Assembly: GCA_038042445.1 (NCBI GenBank)
Contig: JBBTED010000059.1
Coordinates: forward strand, 1 to 64,000
DNA length: 64,000 nt
Reading direction: 5' to 3'
Source: Candidatus Firestoneibacteriota bacterium
GTDB taxonomy: Bacteria; Oederibacteriota; D2-FULL-39-29; JBBTED01
Part shown: positions 19,871 through 30,188 of the stretch, one piece after another
Layout of the letters: the number at the start of each line of letters is the position of its first letter
Position numbering within the stretch: position 1 is the stretch's first letter
Notes under the pieces: model-generated
Database searches by the model: none
What the model was told of the DNA's origin: nothing
Seen by the model: the letters and a program-made list of their open reading frames with translations, nothing else
Program-made: the position numbers and the translations under genes

Positions 19871-20287
19871 ATGTCAAGAAGATGTAATAGAGTGAATTCA
19901 GCAGAAGAGAAAGTAATGGCGGAAATAAATATTACTCCTTTAACAGATATTGCATTAGTGTTATTGGTAATATTTATGGTGACAACGCCTTTGATTTTGC
20001 AGGCAGGAATAAAAGTTAAACTACCGAAATCAACTACTGCAGAAATTGGAGCAGAAAAATCTATTAATGTTTCAATAACCGCGGAAGGAAAAGTATATAT
20101 TAATAACAGAGAAATTATTGGTGATGTCATTGCTCAATTAAAAAATGCTTTATCATATACATCAGAAAAAGTGATTGTATTAAATGCAGATAAAATAGTA
20201 CCGCATGGAAAAGTTGTAGAAATTTTGGATGCTGCTAAAAAGTCAGGTGCACTTAAATTAGTTATAGCTACAGAAAAAATCAAATAA
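19871..20287 (+). CDS. exbD: Biopolymer transport protein ExbD/TolR
   Basis: EINITPLTDIALVLLVIFMVTTP; NADKIVPHG; RBS before ATG 19871. Confidence 0.9.
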   Translation: MSRRCNRVNSAEEKVMAEINITPLTDIALVLLVIFMVTTPLILQAGIKVKLPKSTTAEIGAEKSINVSITAEGKVYINNREIIGDVIAQLKNALSYTSEKVIVLNADKIVPHGKVVEILDAAKKSGALKLVIATEKIK

Positions 20288-20292
20288 AGTGT

Positions 20293-20316
20293 GTCAGGCA
20301 AGATGCCTGACCTATT
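20293..20316. repeat. Solo RAYT-type REP between exbD and tonB
   Basis: GTCAGGCAAGATGCCTGACCTATT identical to the copy at 5177. Confidence 0.9.
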
Positions 20317-20326
20317 TACTAATAAA

Positions 20327-21145
20327 ATGAATTTAAAACTTCCCCACTATATTTTTATATCAACAATTGTGCATATTATTCTTGCGTTTGTATTTTCTGC
20401 AATAATTATTCAAGGTGGAATAAAGCAAATGACATTGTTTACAGAGGTTACTTTGTTAGGTGGAGGAATTCCTAAAGGTGTAGGTATGGGGCAACGTGGC
20501 GCTCTTGAAAGTAGAGTTATTCCTCGTGTTGCAAAGTTAGTTAAAAAATCTGCTTTAATTCCTAAAGAAGTTGAAAAATCTAAAGTTGCTATAAATATAC
20601 CAAAAATAGTTCAACCTGTTGAGGAAAAAATTGAAAAAATTAGTGCAGTTCAACCTGTTGTTAATAATGCATCTCAAGAGAATTTGTCTACTACACTTGG
20701 AGAAAAAGCTTCAGGTAAAGGTGATGAGAAAAGTTTAGGTTTTGCAGAGGGTAGTAGTATGACCGAAGGAAATACTGGAAGTATTGGTGGTGGAGTTGGT
20801 GAAGGCACTGGATTTGGTGATGACCCAGGACTTGTTGGTATTGCTGAAGGTAATCCAGATATACAAGGACCAATAGCTCAGCGTGGTATTCGGTATTCCT
20901 ACGTTCCTCCATATCCTGAATGGGCAAAAAAAACAGGTGCAGAAGGTGATGTTAAAATTCAAATTGTAGTTTCACCTGCTGGATTTGTGCGGTATAATGT
21001 TAAAATATTGCAAACATCAGGATATAGAGAATTTGATGAAATAGTAATTGAAAGTATAAAGAAATGGAAATTTGAACCTTTACCAGGTACTGTTACACAA
21101 TTAGATCAGCAAGGTGTGATTGCATTCAAGTTTAAAATCAAATAA
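20327..21145 (+). CDS. tonB: Energy transducer TonB family protein
   Basis: N-terminal TM with S...H, C-terminal PPYPEWA..EGDV..SG..FD...IKKWKFEP; start moved past the REP. Confidence 0.8.
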   Translation: MNLKLPHYIFISTIVHIILAFVFSAIIIQGGIKQMTLFTEVTLLGGGIPKGVGMGQRGALESRVIPRVAKLVKKSALIPKEVEKSKVAINIPKIVQPVEEKIEKISAVQPVVNNASQENLSTTLGEKASGKGDEKSLGFAEGSSMTEGNTGSIGGGVGEGTGFGDDPGLVGIAEGNPDIQGPIAQRGIRYSYVPPYPEWAKKTGAEGDVKIQIVVSPAGFVRYNVKILQTSGYREFDEIVIESIKKWKFEPLPGTVTQLDQQGVIAFKFKIK

Positions 21146-21189
21146 ATCAAACCATAATTCTAAAATTTTCCTTAGTTTTGCGTTTTTTT

Positions 21190-21266
21190 TGGTGCGCCTG
21201 AGTGGATTTGAACCACCAACGCGCGGCTTCGGAGGCCGCTGCTCTATCCAGCTGAGCTACAGGCGC
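21190..21266 (-). tRNA. tRNA-Arg(CCG)
   Basis: Reverse complement GCGCCTGTAGCTCAGCTGGATAGAGCA-GCGGCCTCCGAAGCCGC...CCA. Confidence 0.95.
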
Positions 21267-21270
21267 AAAA

Positions 21271-21354
21271 GTCAGACAATAGACTACAGACTAAAGACAT
21301 TAGACTCTGAAGTCTATTGTCTTTAGTCTGTTTTAAAGTCTATAGTCTGTAGTT
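21271..21354. repeat. Inverted array of 7-bp repeats (AGACTAN / NTAGTCT)
   Basis: CAGACAA TAGACTA CAGACTA AAGACAT TAGACT followed by AGTCTAT TGTCTTT AGTCTG...AGTCTA TAGTCTG. Confidence 0.75.
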
Positions 21355-21409
21355 GTAGTTTATCAAATCTTATTGACAATATAAAGTTATTTCTGCTAAT
21401 ATTTTCTTT

Positions 21410-22498
21410 ATGAGCGTTGTAGGTTTGGATATAGGGACTAATGTTGTTAAAATTGTACAAGTAAAAGAAGCAGGAGATAAATTCCAGCTTATAAACCTTG
21501 CTATTTCTGAAATTTCCTCTGAACCGGTTGAAGAATTAGAGCCACAAGCTCGTTTTAATCTAACAGTAGAAGCCATTAAAAAAGTAGTTAAGGAAAGTGG
21601 AATAAAAAGTAAAAATGTAGCTTTATCTTTAAGTGGAGATGGAGTTATTGTTCGCTACGTACGTCTTCCATTTATGAGTAGAGATGAATTAAAAGCTATT
21701 GTAAAACATGAAGCAGAGCAGTATATCCCGATTGGTATTGATCAGGTAATGCTGGATTTCCAAATTCTTGGCGAGGTAAGTGAGGATAATCAGAAAAAAA
21801 TGGATGTTTTGCTTGTTGCAGCAAAAAATGAATTGGTTGACCAATATATAAATATTGTGCAATCCGCTGGATTAATTCCACTATTAATAGATGTAGATGT
21901 ATTTGCACTCGGTAATTCTTATGAGGCGAATTTCGGCAAAAAAGAAGGAGAAACTGTCGCTTTAGTGAATATAGGTGCAAAAATAATTTCAATCAATATA
22001 TTGGAAGATGGTGTAACGAAGTTTGGCAGAGATGTTGCTGCTGGAAGTAATATTATAACCAAAGATATACAACGGGAATTTAAATTAAATTATATTGATG
22101 CTGAGAAATTTAAAAAAGAAGAAGCAACTGTTATTATTGAATCAGATGACGAGTTACTTCTAACACGTATACCAGACAAAGAAGATAAATCAATGAAAAC
22201 CCATGAAGCAATAATAGGTAATTTAAATAAAATGGTTGCTGAAATAAGACGTGCACTTGATTTTTATGAGTCCCAGGCTAAAAAACGTGTGGTTAATAAA
22301 GTTTTACTAAGTGGTGGTGGCTCTTTGCTTAAAAATATGGATAAATTTTTAAATGATAAATTGCGTATACCTGTGGAATTTAATAATCCATTAGCTAATT
22401 TTGAAGTTAAACTGGACAATTTTCCAGCAGATAAAATTTCCGGGTTGGCATCACAACTTGCTGTTGTTATTGGTTTATCAACCAGAAAAGCAAAATGA
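21410..22498 (+). CDS. pilM: Type IV pilus assembly protein PilM
   Basis: VGLDIG, EAEQYIP, VLLVAAK, VNIGA, LSGGGS actin-like motifs. Confidence 0.9.
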   Translation: MSVVGLDIGTNVVKIVQVKEAGDKFQLINLAISEISSEPVEELEPQARFNLTVEAIKKVVKESGIKSKNVALSLSGDGVIVRYVRLPFMSRDELKAIVKHEAEQYIPIGIDQVMLDFQILGEVSEDNQKKMDVLLVAAKNELVDQYINIVQSAGLIPLLIDVDVFALGNSYEANFGKKEGETVALVNIGAKIISINILEDGVTKFGRDVAAGSNIITKDIQREFKLNYIDAEKFKKEEATVIIESDDELLLTRIPDKEDKSMKTHEAIIGNLNKMVAEIRRALDFYESQAKKRVVNKVLLSGGGSLLKNMDKFLNDKLRIPVEFNNPLANFEVKLDNFPADKISGLASQLAVVIGLSTRKAK

Positions 22499-23043
22499 TC
22501 ACTATAAATTTATTACCAGAAAAATATTATAAAGCACGCAAACTTAAGCAATTGCTGGCTATTTTAATTGTAGGTGGTTCTGTAATAGTAGCAGTTTTAA
22601 TTTTTTTATATTTTATACAAGTTAAAAATGTGGCTAAACTAAACAAACAAATTAAAGAAGTTGAGGTTGAACAGGAAAAATATAGGCCTATTCTTGAAAA
22701 GATGGAAATGATAAAAAACAAAGAAGCCTTTCTTCAATCAAGAATGAAAGTTTTGAAAGAGTTAACAACTAAGCATTCTGTGTGGCCACGACTTCTTGAT
22801 GATTTAAATAGAGTAGTTCCATTTAATATCTGGCTTACCAAAGTGGATAGTAAAGCACAGGCAAAAGGCAGGATTTTTACAATAGATGGTATTAGTCTTT
22901 CAAAAGAGGGAGTTGCAGATTTTATGACTAATCTTCAAAAATCCACTTATTTTGAAAATGTTGTTTTGCTTTCTCTTGCAGAAAGTTTTGTTAGTGGAAT
23001 GTCTCAAGTTTCATTTAGAATTACTTGTTCAAGTAAAATATGA
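22495..23043 (+). CDS. pilN: Type IV pilus assembly protein PilN
   Basis: INLLP motif, TM helix, coiled coil, VADFMTNLQKS. Confidence 0.85.
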   Translation: MITINLLPEKYYKARKLKQLLAILIVGGSVIVAVLIFLYFIQVKNVAKLNKQIKEVEVEQEKYRPILEKMEMIKNKEAFLQSRMKVLKELTTKHSVWPRLLDDLNRVVPFNIWLTKVDSKAQAKGRIFTIDGISLSKEGVADFMTNLQKSTYFENVVLLSLAESFVSGMSQVSFRITCSSKI

Positions 23044-23600
23044 TTTCAACTAATGACTTTCGAAAAGGGGTAATTATAGAAGTGGATAATATTTCTTGTG
23101 AAGTGATTGATTTTCAGCATGTAAAACCTGGTAAAGGTGGTGCTTTTGTAAGGACAAAGTTAAAAAATGTTAAAACAGGAGCAGTGCTTGATAAAACTTT
23201 TAATGCCGGGATAAAAGTAAAATTGGCAGATTTGGAAGAAAAATCTGTGCAATATTTATATAAATCCGAAAAAGAATACCATTTTATGGATGATAGAACT
23301 TATGAGCAGATATATCTTACCCAAGAGCAGATTGGAGACAACATAAAGTTTTTAAAAGAAAATATGACTTTGGATTTAGTATGTAAAGACGGGGTAGCGC
23401 TTACCATTAAATTCCCAACTTTTGTTGAATTAAAAATAACTGATACTCCTCCAGGTGTAAAAGGAGATACTGCAGCTACAAATTCAAAACCTGCAACTGT
23501 AGAAACAGGAGCATTAATTCAAGTGCCATTTTTTATCAATATTGGTGACGTTATAAAGATTGATACCAGAACAAATGATTATGTAGAGCGGGTAAAATAA
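23040..23600 (+). CDS. efp: Elongation factor P
   Basis: HVKPGKGGAFVR, PPGVKGDT, KIDTR. Confidence 0.97.
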   Translation: MISTNDFRKGVIIEVDNISCEVIDFQHVKPGKGGAFVRTKLKNVKTGAVLDKTFNAGIKVKLADLEEKSVQYLYKSEKEYHFMDDRTYEQIYLTQEQIGDNIKFLKENMTLDLVCKDGVALTIKFPTFVELKITDTPPGVKGDTAATNSKPATVETGALIQVPFFINIGDVIKIDTRTNDYVERVK

Positions 23601-23641
23601 TTATGGTCTGGTGAAAGAAGACAGACCATAAACAGAAAATT

Positions 23642-24100
23642 ATGAATATAAAAGAAATAAAAGAATTAATAGATTTAATACATAATACTGATGTGGCTGA
23701 ATTGGAATTAGAACGTGAAGGGACCAGAATACGAATAAGAAAGGCAAGCGGAGATTTGCCAAAAGAAGTTATCACTATGATTAATACTGCAAAGCAAGTT
23801 CAGAATGTTCCTGATGCACAGGTTGTTTTACCACAAAAAGAAAAGGCGGCAGAAAATCTAATTACTATTACTGCTCCAATGGTTGGGACTTTTTATAGAG
23901 CGAATGCTCCAGATGCTTCACCTTATGTGCAAGAGGGCGATGTTGTAGCTGATGGTCAGACTATCTGTATTATTGAAGCTATGAAACTTATGAATGAAAT
24001 AAAATCTGAAACTAAAGGTAAGATTGTAAAAATATTGGTTGAAAGTGGACATGCTATTGAATATGGTCAACCATTATTTTTGTTGGAGCCTGTAACCTAA
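23642..24100 (+). CDS. accB: Biotin carboxyl carrier protein of acetyl-CoA carboxylase
   Basis: [18 protein letters not shown]. Confidence 0.95.
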   Translation: MNIKEIKELIDLIHNTDVAELELEREGTRIRIRKASGDLPKEVITMINTAKQVQNVPDAQVVLPQKEKAAENLITITAPMVGTFYRANAPDASPYVQEGDVVADGQTICIIEAMKLMNEIKSETKGKIVKILVESGHAIEYGQPLFLLEPVT

Positions 24101-24102
24101 CA

Positions 24103-25449
24103 GTGTTTAGCAAAATTCTTATTGCAAATCGTGGTGAAATAGCATTACGTATAATCCGTGCTTGTAAAGAAATGGGAATTCGAACAGTTGCCGTTCATTC
24201 TGAAGCAGATGCAGATTCTCTTCATGTCCGATTTGCCGATGAAAATATATGTATAGGTGCACCATCTCCTGCCAAAAGCTATCTAAATATTGCCGCCATT
24301 ATAAGTTCTGCTGAAATAACTGATGCCGAAGCTATACATCCGGGTTATGGTTTTCTTGCCGAAAATGCACATTTTGCAGAAATTTGTGCTGAATGTAATA
24401 TAAAATTTATAGGTCCTACACCAGATATTATGAGGAAAATGGGAGATAAAGTTGCGGCAAGGCAGACAATGAAAGCTGCAGGTGTGCCTGTAATTCCTGG
24501 AAGCGATGGTGTTATAAAGGATGAAAAAGAGGCGCTAAAAATTGCAAAGCAGATTGGCTATCCAGTTATAATAAAAGCTGTAGCCGGTGGTGGTGGAAGA
24601 GGAATGCGTGTTGCGCATACAGATGTAAGTTTGACAAATGCTTTTCATACTGCAAGAGCTGAAGCAGAATCATCATTTGGAAATCCTGATGTTTATATTG
24701 AAAAATATGTAGAAGAACCAAAACATATAGAAGTGCAACTTTTAGGTGATGAAAAAGGCAATATTTATCATCTTGGTGAGAGAGATTGTACAATTCAAAG
24801 GCGGCATCAGAAATTAATAGAAGAATCACCATCACCTGCTATTAGTAATGCATTGCGTGATGAAATAGGTAATGCTGCACTTAAAGGAGCTGAAAGTGTA
24901 GGATATGTTAGTGCTGGAACAATAGAATTTTTGCTTGATAAAAATAACAAATTTTATTTTATGGAAATGAATACCAGAATACAGGTTGAACATGGTGTTA
25001 CAGAAATGGTTACTGGATTAGATATAGTTAAAGAACAAATAAGAATAGCTGCAGGAGAGGAACTTAAACTTCCTAAAAAAGAAATTGGGTTAAGAGGGCA
25101 TTCTATAGAATGTCGTATAAATGCAGAAGATTCTGAAAAAGGGTTTATACCTTCTCCCGGTAAAATTACAAGTTATTATGTTCCGGGTGGTCCTGGTGTT
25201 AGAATTGATACACATGTTTATGAAGAATATGTAATACCGCCATATTATGATTCACTTATTGCAAAAGCTATAACACATGGTCAGAGTCGTATAGAAGCTA
25301 TAACGCGTATGGAAAGAGTTCTTGATGAATTTGTAATAGAAGGTATAAAAACCACAATACCGTTTCACAAAAAAGTACTTTCAAATCCATTATTCAGACG
25401 TGGAGAAATTCACACTGATTTTATAAAAATGTTGGAGGAATCTCAATGA
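24103..25449 (+). CDS. accC: Biotin carboxylase
   Basis: [30 protein letters not shown]. Confidence 0.97.
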   Translation: MFSKILIANRGEIALRIIRACKEMGIRTVAVHSEADADSLHVRFADENICIGAPSPAKSYLNIAAIISSAEITDAEAIHPGYGFLAENAHFAEICAECNIKFIGPTPDIMRKMGDKVAARQTMKAAGVPVIPGSDGVIKDEKEALKIAKQIGYPVIIKAVAGGGGRGMRVAHTDVSLTNAFHTARAEAESSFGNPDVYIEKYVEEPKHIEVQLLGDEKGNIYHLGERDCTIQRRHQKLIEESPSPAISNALRDEIGNAALKGAESVGYVSAGTIEFLLDKNNKFYFMEMNTRIQVEHGVTEMVTGLDIVKEQIRIAAGEELKLPKKEIGLRGHSIECRINAEDSEKGFIPSPGKITSYYVPGGPGVRIDTHVYEEYVIPPYYDSLIAKAITHGQSRIEAITRMERVLDEFVIEGIKTTIPFHKKVLSNPLFRRGEIHTDFIKMLEESQ

Positions 25450-25793
25450 AACAGGATATTACAAGAAATCCATTGGGAGTTTTAAATATTTCTATAGAAG
25501 CAATTGCTTCTATATCTGCTATTGCTGCATCTAAAGTGCCGGGAGTTATTGGAATGAGTGGGGGAGTTATAGATACAATTGCACAGTTTTTAGGTAAGAA
25601 AGGTGTTGATAAAGGTATCAGAGTTACAGTAGATGAAAAGGAAGTTGGTTTGGATTTATTTATAATTGTAAATTTTGGTTCAGATATTTCAGAAATTGGC
25701 GCACAGGTTCAGGAAAAAGTAAGAGATGCAGTTGAAAATATGACAGGTCTTTCAGTTCGTGAAGTTAATGTTACAGTTCAGGAAGTAAAATAA
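25446..25793 (+). CDS. Asp23/Gls24 family protein
   Basis: [29 protein letters not shown]; typical position after accC. Confidence 0.85.
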   Translation: MKQDITRNPLGVLNISIEAIASISAIAASKVPGVIGMSGGVIDTIAQFLGKKGVDKGIRVTVDEKEVGLDLFIIVNFGSDISEIGAQVQEKVRDAVENMTGLSVREVNVTVQEVK

Positions 25794-25807
25794 ATACTAA
25801 TAATATT

Positions 25808-27067
25808 ATGAATTCCAAAGATATTGTTTTGAAAAGTTTAAAGCATCAGGATATTGAAAAAGTACCTGTGGATTTTGGTGCAACTGCAGTTACAGGGATA
25901 CATATAAGTTGTGTTGCAAAGTTGCGTGAGTATTATGGATTGAAAAAACTTCCAGTTAAGGTGATTGAGCCATATCAGATGCTTGGTGAAATAGATAAGG
26001 AATTGAAAAATATAATAGGCGTTGATATTGAAGGAGTATTTCCAAAAAATAATATGTTTGGTTTCCCAAATGAAAATTGGAAAGAGTGGAAAATGCCTGA
26101 TGGTTTGATTGTTTTAGTGCCTGAAAAATTTAATACTACAGTAGATAATAATGGTGTTACATACATTTATCCGCAGGGTGATACTAATGTTTTTCCATCT
26201 GGGAAGATGCCTGCAGATGGTTATTTTTTTGATGCTATAATACGGCAGGAACCACTTGATGAGGAAAATCTTAATCCTGAAGATAATTTGGAAGAATTTA
26301 AAATTTTTACAGATGAAGATATTGCATATTTTGAGAATGCAATAAGAAATGCATCATTAACAAATCGTGCAGTTATTGCTACTTTTGGTGGGAGTGCATT
26401 TGGTGATATTGCATTAGTTCCTGCGCCATTTCTTAAACATCCAAAGGGTATTCGGGATATTGAAGAATGGTATATATCTACAATTGCAAGACAGGATTAT
26501 ATTCATAAAGTATTTGAAAAACAGTCAGAGATTGCTATTTTAAATCTGGATAAAATATATAAAAGTGTTGGTAATCTTGTTAATGTTGTTTTTGTCTGTG
26601 GTACTGATTTCGGAACCCAAAATTCCACGTTTTGTTCGTTAGATACGTTTCGTAATCTGTATATGCCTTATTATAAAAAAATAAATAATTGGATTCATAA
26701 AAATACACAATGGAAGACTTTTAAACATTCTTGTGGAGCAGTTGAGTCTTTTATTCCATCTCTGGTTGAATCAGGGTTTGATATACTAAATCCGGTCCAA
26801 TGTTCTGCTAAAGGTATGGATGCTGAATTATCAAAACAGAAATATGGAAATATAATTTCTTTCTGGGGTGGAGGTGTTGATACACAAAAAACACTTCCAT
26901 TTGGTACACCTTCTGAAGTACGTGAACAAGTACTTAAAAGATGTGAAATATTTTCAAAGAATGGCGGATTTATATTTAATACTATCCACAATATTCAGGT
27001 AAAAACTCCAATTGAGAATATTGTAGCAATGATTGATGCGTTACATGAATTTAATTCTGCAAGATAA
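25808..27067 (+). CDS. Uroporphyrinogen decarboxylase superfamily protein (possible methylcobamide methyltransferase-like)
   Basis: GTDFGTQ, KHSCG, ILNPVQ, FWGGGVDTQ, HNIQ. Confidence 0.8.
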   Translation: MNSKDIVLKSLKHQDIEKVPVDFGATAVTGIHISCVAKLREYYGLKKLPVKVIEPYQMLGEIDKELKNIIGVDIEGVFPKNNMFGFPNENWKEWKMPDGLIVLVPEKFNTTVDNNGVTYIYPQGDTNVFPSGKMPADGYFFDAIIRQEPLDEENLNPEDNLEEFKIFTDEDIAYFENAIRNASLTNRAVIATFGGSAFGDIALVPAPFLKHPKGIRDIEEWYISTIARQDYIHKVFEKQSEIAILNLDKIYKSVGNLVNVVFVCGTDFGTQNSTFCSLDTFRNLYMPYYKKINNWIHKNTQWKTFKHSCGAVESFIPSLVESGFDILNPVQCSAKGMDAELSKQKYGNIISFWGGGVDTQKTLPFGTPSEVREQVLKRCEIFSKNGGFIFNTIHNIQVKTPIENIVAMIDALHEFNSAR

Positions 27068-27273
27068 AATATATTAATCACTATAAGTTTCATAAATAAC
27101 ATCATTTGACAAGATAGGGAAATACAATAGTTTTGCTTCTTTCGTATTTTAGGGTGCATTATTAGTATTTATTTTGTAAGAAAGTATATATATTAGGTCA
27201 TTCTGAACGAAAGTGAAGACGAAAGAACCATAAATTTCTTGATTTTTCATTATATTTCTGGTATTTTTATAGC

Positions 27274-27564
27274 ATGAATAAAGAAGAAATAAAAAACATT
27301 CTTAGTTCTCAACTTTCTTTTCTAAAAGAAAAATACCATGTCAAAAAATTAGGCATTTTTGGTTCTGTCGTTAGAAATGAAGCAAAAGAAGATAGTGATG
27401 TAGATGTAATGGTAGAGTTTGAATCTCCAATCGGTTTTTTTGAATTCATCAGGTTAGAAAATTTCTTAAGTGAAAAAATTCAGCAAAAAGTTGATCTTGT
27501 TTCTACAAAAGCGATAAAACCAATTATAAAGAACGATATTCTTAAGGAAACAATTTATGTCTAA
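27274..27564 (+). CDS. Minimal nucleotidyltransferase antitoxin (MntA-like)
   Basis: FGSVVR...DSDVD, KVDLV; overlaps downstream HEPN gene. Confidence 0.9.
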   Translation: MNKEEIKNILSSQLSFLKEKYHVKKLGIFGSVVRNEAKEDSDVDVMVEFESPIGFFEFIRLENFLSEKIQQKVDLVSTKAIKPIIKNDILKETIYV

Positions 27565-27904
27565 AAGAGAATCACGGCTTTATCTTGAAGATATAAAAGA
27601 CTCTATTGGCAAGATAGAGAGATACATTAAAGATTTATCTTTTGATGAATTTACTGAAGACGATAAAACAATTGATGCTATTGTTAGAAATCTGAGCATA
27701 ATTGGTGAGGCTGCAAGAAATATTCCTGAGGACATAAAGTTAAAGAATCCCGATATTGCTTGGATTGAAATCATTGGTATGAGAAATAAAATCACTCACG
27801 AATATTTTGGTATTGATGAAGATATTTTATGGAAGACTATAAAAGAAGATTTGCCAATCTTAAAAAATCAGATTTTGGAATTATTAAAAAATTTTTTGAT
27901 ATAA
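27557..27904 (+). CDS. HEPN ribonuclease toxin (HepT/DUF86)
   Basis: IIGEAA, GMRNKITHEYFG (RxxxxHxY). Confidence 0.9.
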   Translation: MSKRESRLYLEDIKDSIGKIERYIKDLSFDEFTEDDKTIDAIVRNLSIIGEAARNIPEDIKLKNPDIAWIEIIGMRNKITHEYFGIDEDILWKTIKEDLPILKNQILELLKNFLI

Positions 27905-28065
27905 AATACCAACAATAGTTTCCTAAAATTTAGCATTTCAAAATATCAGTAACCCTTAACATATTAAAATACTAACATCATCTGATTTTAAAATATTGAA
28001 GATATAATTTATAAAAATAGATTTACTTAATTGGAAACAATTGTTAAAATTTACAAAGAAATAAT

Positions 28066-28395
28066 ATGAAAACAACTAATATTGTTGGTTTTGATGAGTC
28101 TATTACAATAGAGTGGAAGCCATCAAAAACTGACGAATATAGTTTTATAATAAATATTTATTCTGCCAAAGACAAGTTTGTAGGAGAAGAGGAACTTCCT
28201 GAGTTTAATGAAAGACAGAAGAAAGCAATAGAATATGTAAAGAAGAAAGGCTCTATCAGTAGAAAAGAATATAAACAACTTAATGGAATTTCTCATACCA
28301 TTGCGCATAAAGAATTAAAAAATCTTGCAGAAAAAGATATTTTTAAAATACAAGGTGCTGGTAAATATTTACGATATGGGTTGACGCAAGGTTGA
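28066..28395 (+). pseudogene. Probable internally deleted Schlafen/AlbA_2-wHTH regulator remnant
   Basis: N-terminal ESITIEWK joined almost directly to FNERQKKA...ISRKEY...ELKNL..G.GK.LRY winged helix. Confidence 0.5.
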
Positions 28396-28628
28396 CGCAA
28401 TAAAATTTGAAGAATAAGAGATAAATTCCGTATGATGTTTAGCATAAAAATATTGGCAGTTGTTACTCAACAGATTGTATTAATAAACAGTTTGTTGGGT
28501 AATAGTAGAAAATATGAAAGGTGTGTTAAAAGGTATTTTATCAGAATAATTTGAAAATTCTATTCGGATGAAACAAGAATATGAATAGGCTTTAAGAATA
28601 TTACCAAAATGTAACAAATATTAAATTT

Positions 28629-30008
28629 ATGATTGATCAAAATACACATAAAATAAAAGCGATGTACGATAATTTGTTGGGTTTAATGGAAAAACTAATT
28701 TTTGTTTTGTCTACGGATTATAATAGTGATAAAAGTAATGATAAAGTTGTGCAAAAGTATATATTAGGTGAAAATGGTTGGAGTATAGGGGATATAAAGG
28801 TTAATGAAAGATTGTATTCGCATAGTAATATTATTCATTATATGGACAGTATTTGTGACATGAAAAAATCGAAAAATTTGTTTAAAGTTTTGTTAGGCAA
28901 TAAATTTATTAAAAATCCATCTTTTGTAGATTCAAATAATAATACTGTTGAAAGTCCTGATGAAAAATCTGTTTTATGGTCCGGATTGTTACATGGCAAT
29001 ATATTTTATTTTATTAGTAGATATTTAGACCAAATAGATACATTGAATTTTGATAAAAATATTTTTGATAAATTGTATTGCGATTTTGAAAGTTATACCA
29101 TTAATGAAAAAGCAAAATTTGTTGGATATATACCATTGTTGAATTTTTCATCTGATATGAAGAATACAAAATTTGATAATGGAGTAGAAATAATATATTT
29201 AGAACCAAATAAACGAGAATACTTTGCAAATTCCTTATTTTACAGAGAACCGAATACAGGAGATTTATGCGATGTAGATGGTATCTTTAAATCTGGCTTT
29301 GCTTTTAAATTTATTTTTGAAGATAATAAAAGATCATCTTTGTCAGGTGAATCTATTAACTGTATTGTAAAAAAAAGCGAAAAAATTATTACTGCTTTAC
29401 GCCTATTAAAATCTGGGGATCTATATCTGTCTAATTTTATTTTTTCAGAATCTATTAATAATTTCAATCCGCCACTAGTTGAGCCATTGAGGAACTCTAT
29501 ACATAGCAATTTTGCATCAGATAAATATTCAGGAGAAATCTTTAATTTTAATAATAATAGCGATTTTAAAATATGCAATGATATATTCAAAGTACTTATA
29601 GAAGATAATTTAGATGTAATTGAAATTGCACTAAGAAGATTTAGCGATATTTATAGAAGAGAGTTATCAGAAGATAAAATAATTGATATGGCTATATTGC
29701 TTGAAAGTATTTTGCTTTATGGTATTAGTAATGAATTGAGTTATCGCTTTTGTTTGCGAGGAGCATATCTTCTTGAAAACAAAAGAGAAAAAGACAAGAC
29801 ATTTAAAACATTAGGAGAATTTTACAGAATTCGTAGTAACATTGTACATGGAAATGATAAAAAGAATTATTCTTGTGAAGTCGTTGAAGTAGAAAATATA
29901 TGCAGAGAAATAATAAAATTAATAATTGAAGAATTACACAATAAAAATTCGTTGGAAAATATTATAAAGAATATAGATAAAAGCATTTTATATAAAAATA
30001 ATGTTTAG
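28629..30008 (+). CDS. ApeA-like HEPN-domain protein, putative antiphage effector
   Basis: ILLESIL, ELSYRF, FYRIRSNIVHG (RxxxxH); very AT-rich. Confidence 0.7.
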   Translation: MIDQNTHKIKAMYDNLLGLMEKLIFVLSTDYNSDKSNDKVVQKYILGENGWSIGDIKVNERLYSHSNIIHYMDSICDMKKSKNLFKVLLGNKFIKNPSFVDSNNNTVESPDEKSVLWSGLLHGNIFYFISRYLDQIDTLNFDKNIFDKLYCDFESYTINEKAKFVGYIPLLNFSSDMKNTKFDNGVEIIYLEPNKREYFANSLFYREPNTGDLCDVDGIFKSGFAFKFIFEDNKRSSLSGESINCIVKKSEKIITALRLLKSGDLYLSNFIFSESINNFNPPLVEPLRNSIHSNFASDKYSGEIFNFNNNSDFKICNDIFKVLIEDNLDVIEIALRRFSDIYRRELSEDKIIDMAILLESILLYGISNELSYRFCLRGAYLLENKREKDKTFKTLGEFYRIRSNIVHGNDKKNYSCEVVEVENICREIIKLIIEELHNKNSLENIIKNIDKSILYKNNV

Positions 30009-30044
30009 TATTAATATGAAGTGTAATATACTTTATGTAAATTT

Positions 30045-30129
30045 GCGAGGGTGGCGGAATTGGCAGACGCGTTGGACTTAGGATCCAATGCCGAAGGGCA
30101 TGGGGGTTCAACTCCCCCCTCTCGCACCA
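30045..30129 (+). tRNA. tRNA-Leu(TAG)
   Basis: GCGAGGGTGGCGGAATTGGCAGACGCG-TTGGACTTAGGATCCAA, variable arm, ends CCA. Confidence 0.95.
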
Positions 30130-30188
30130 TTATAAAGATATTGAAATATAAAGAGTTTTTGTGTAGAGTAAAAGTGAGGTGATATGTA

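Noticed and set aside
21120..21326. 68-aa ORF after tonB (and 30011-30241)
   Set aside because: Antisense translations of tRNA genes
27070..30044. Integrated island at tRNA-Leu(TAG)
   Set aside because: No integrase and no duplicated tRNA fragment found, so only a gene patch is reported
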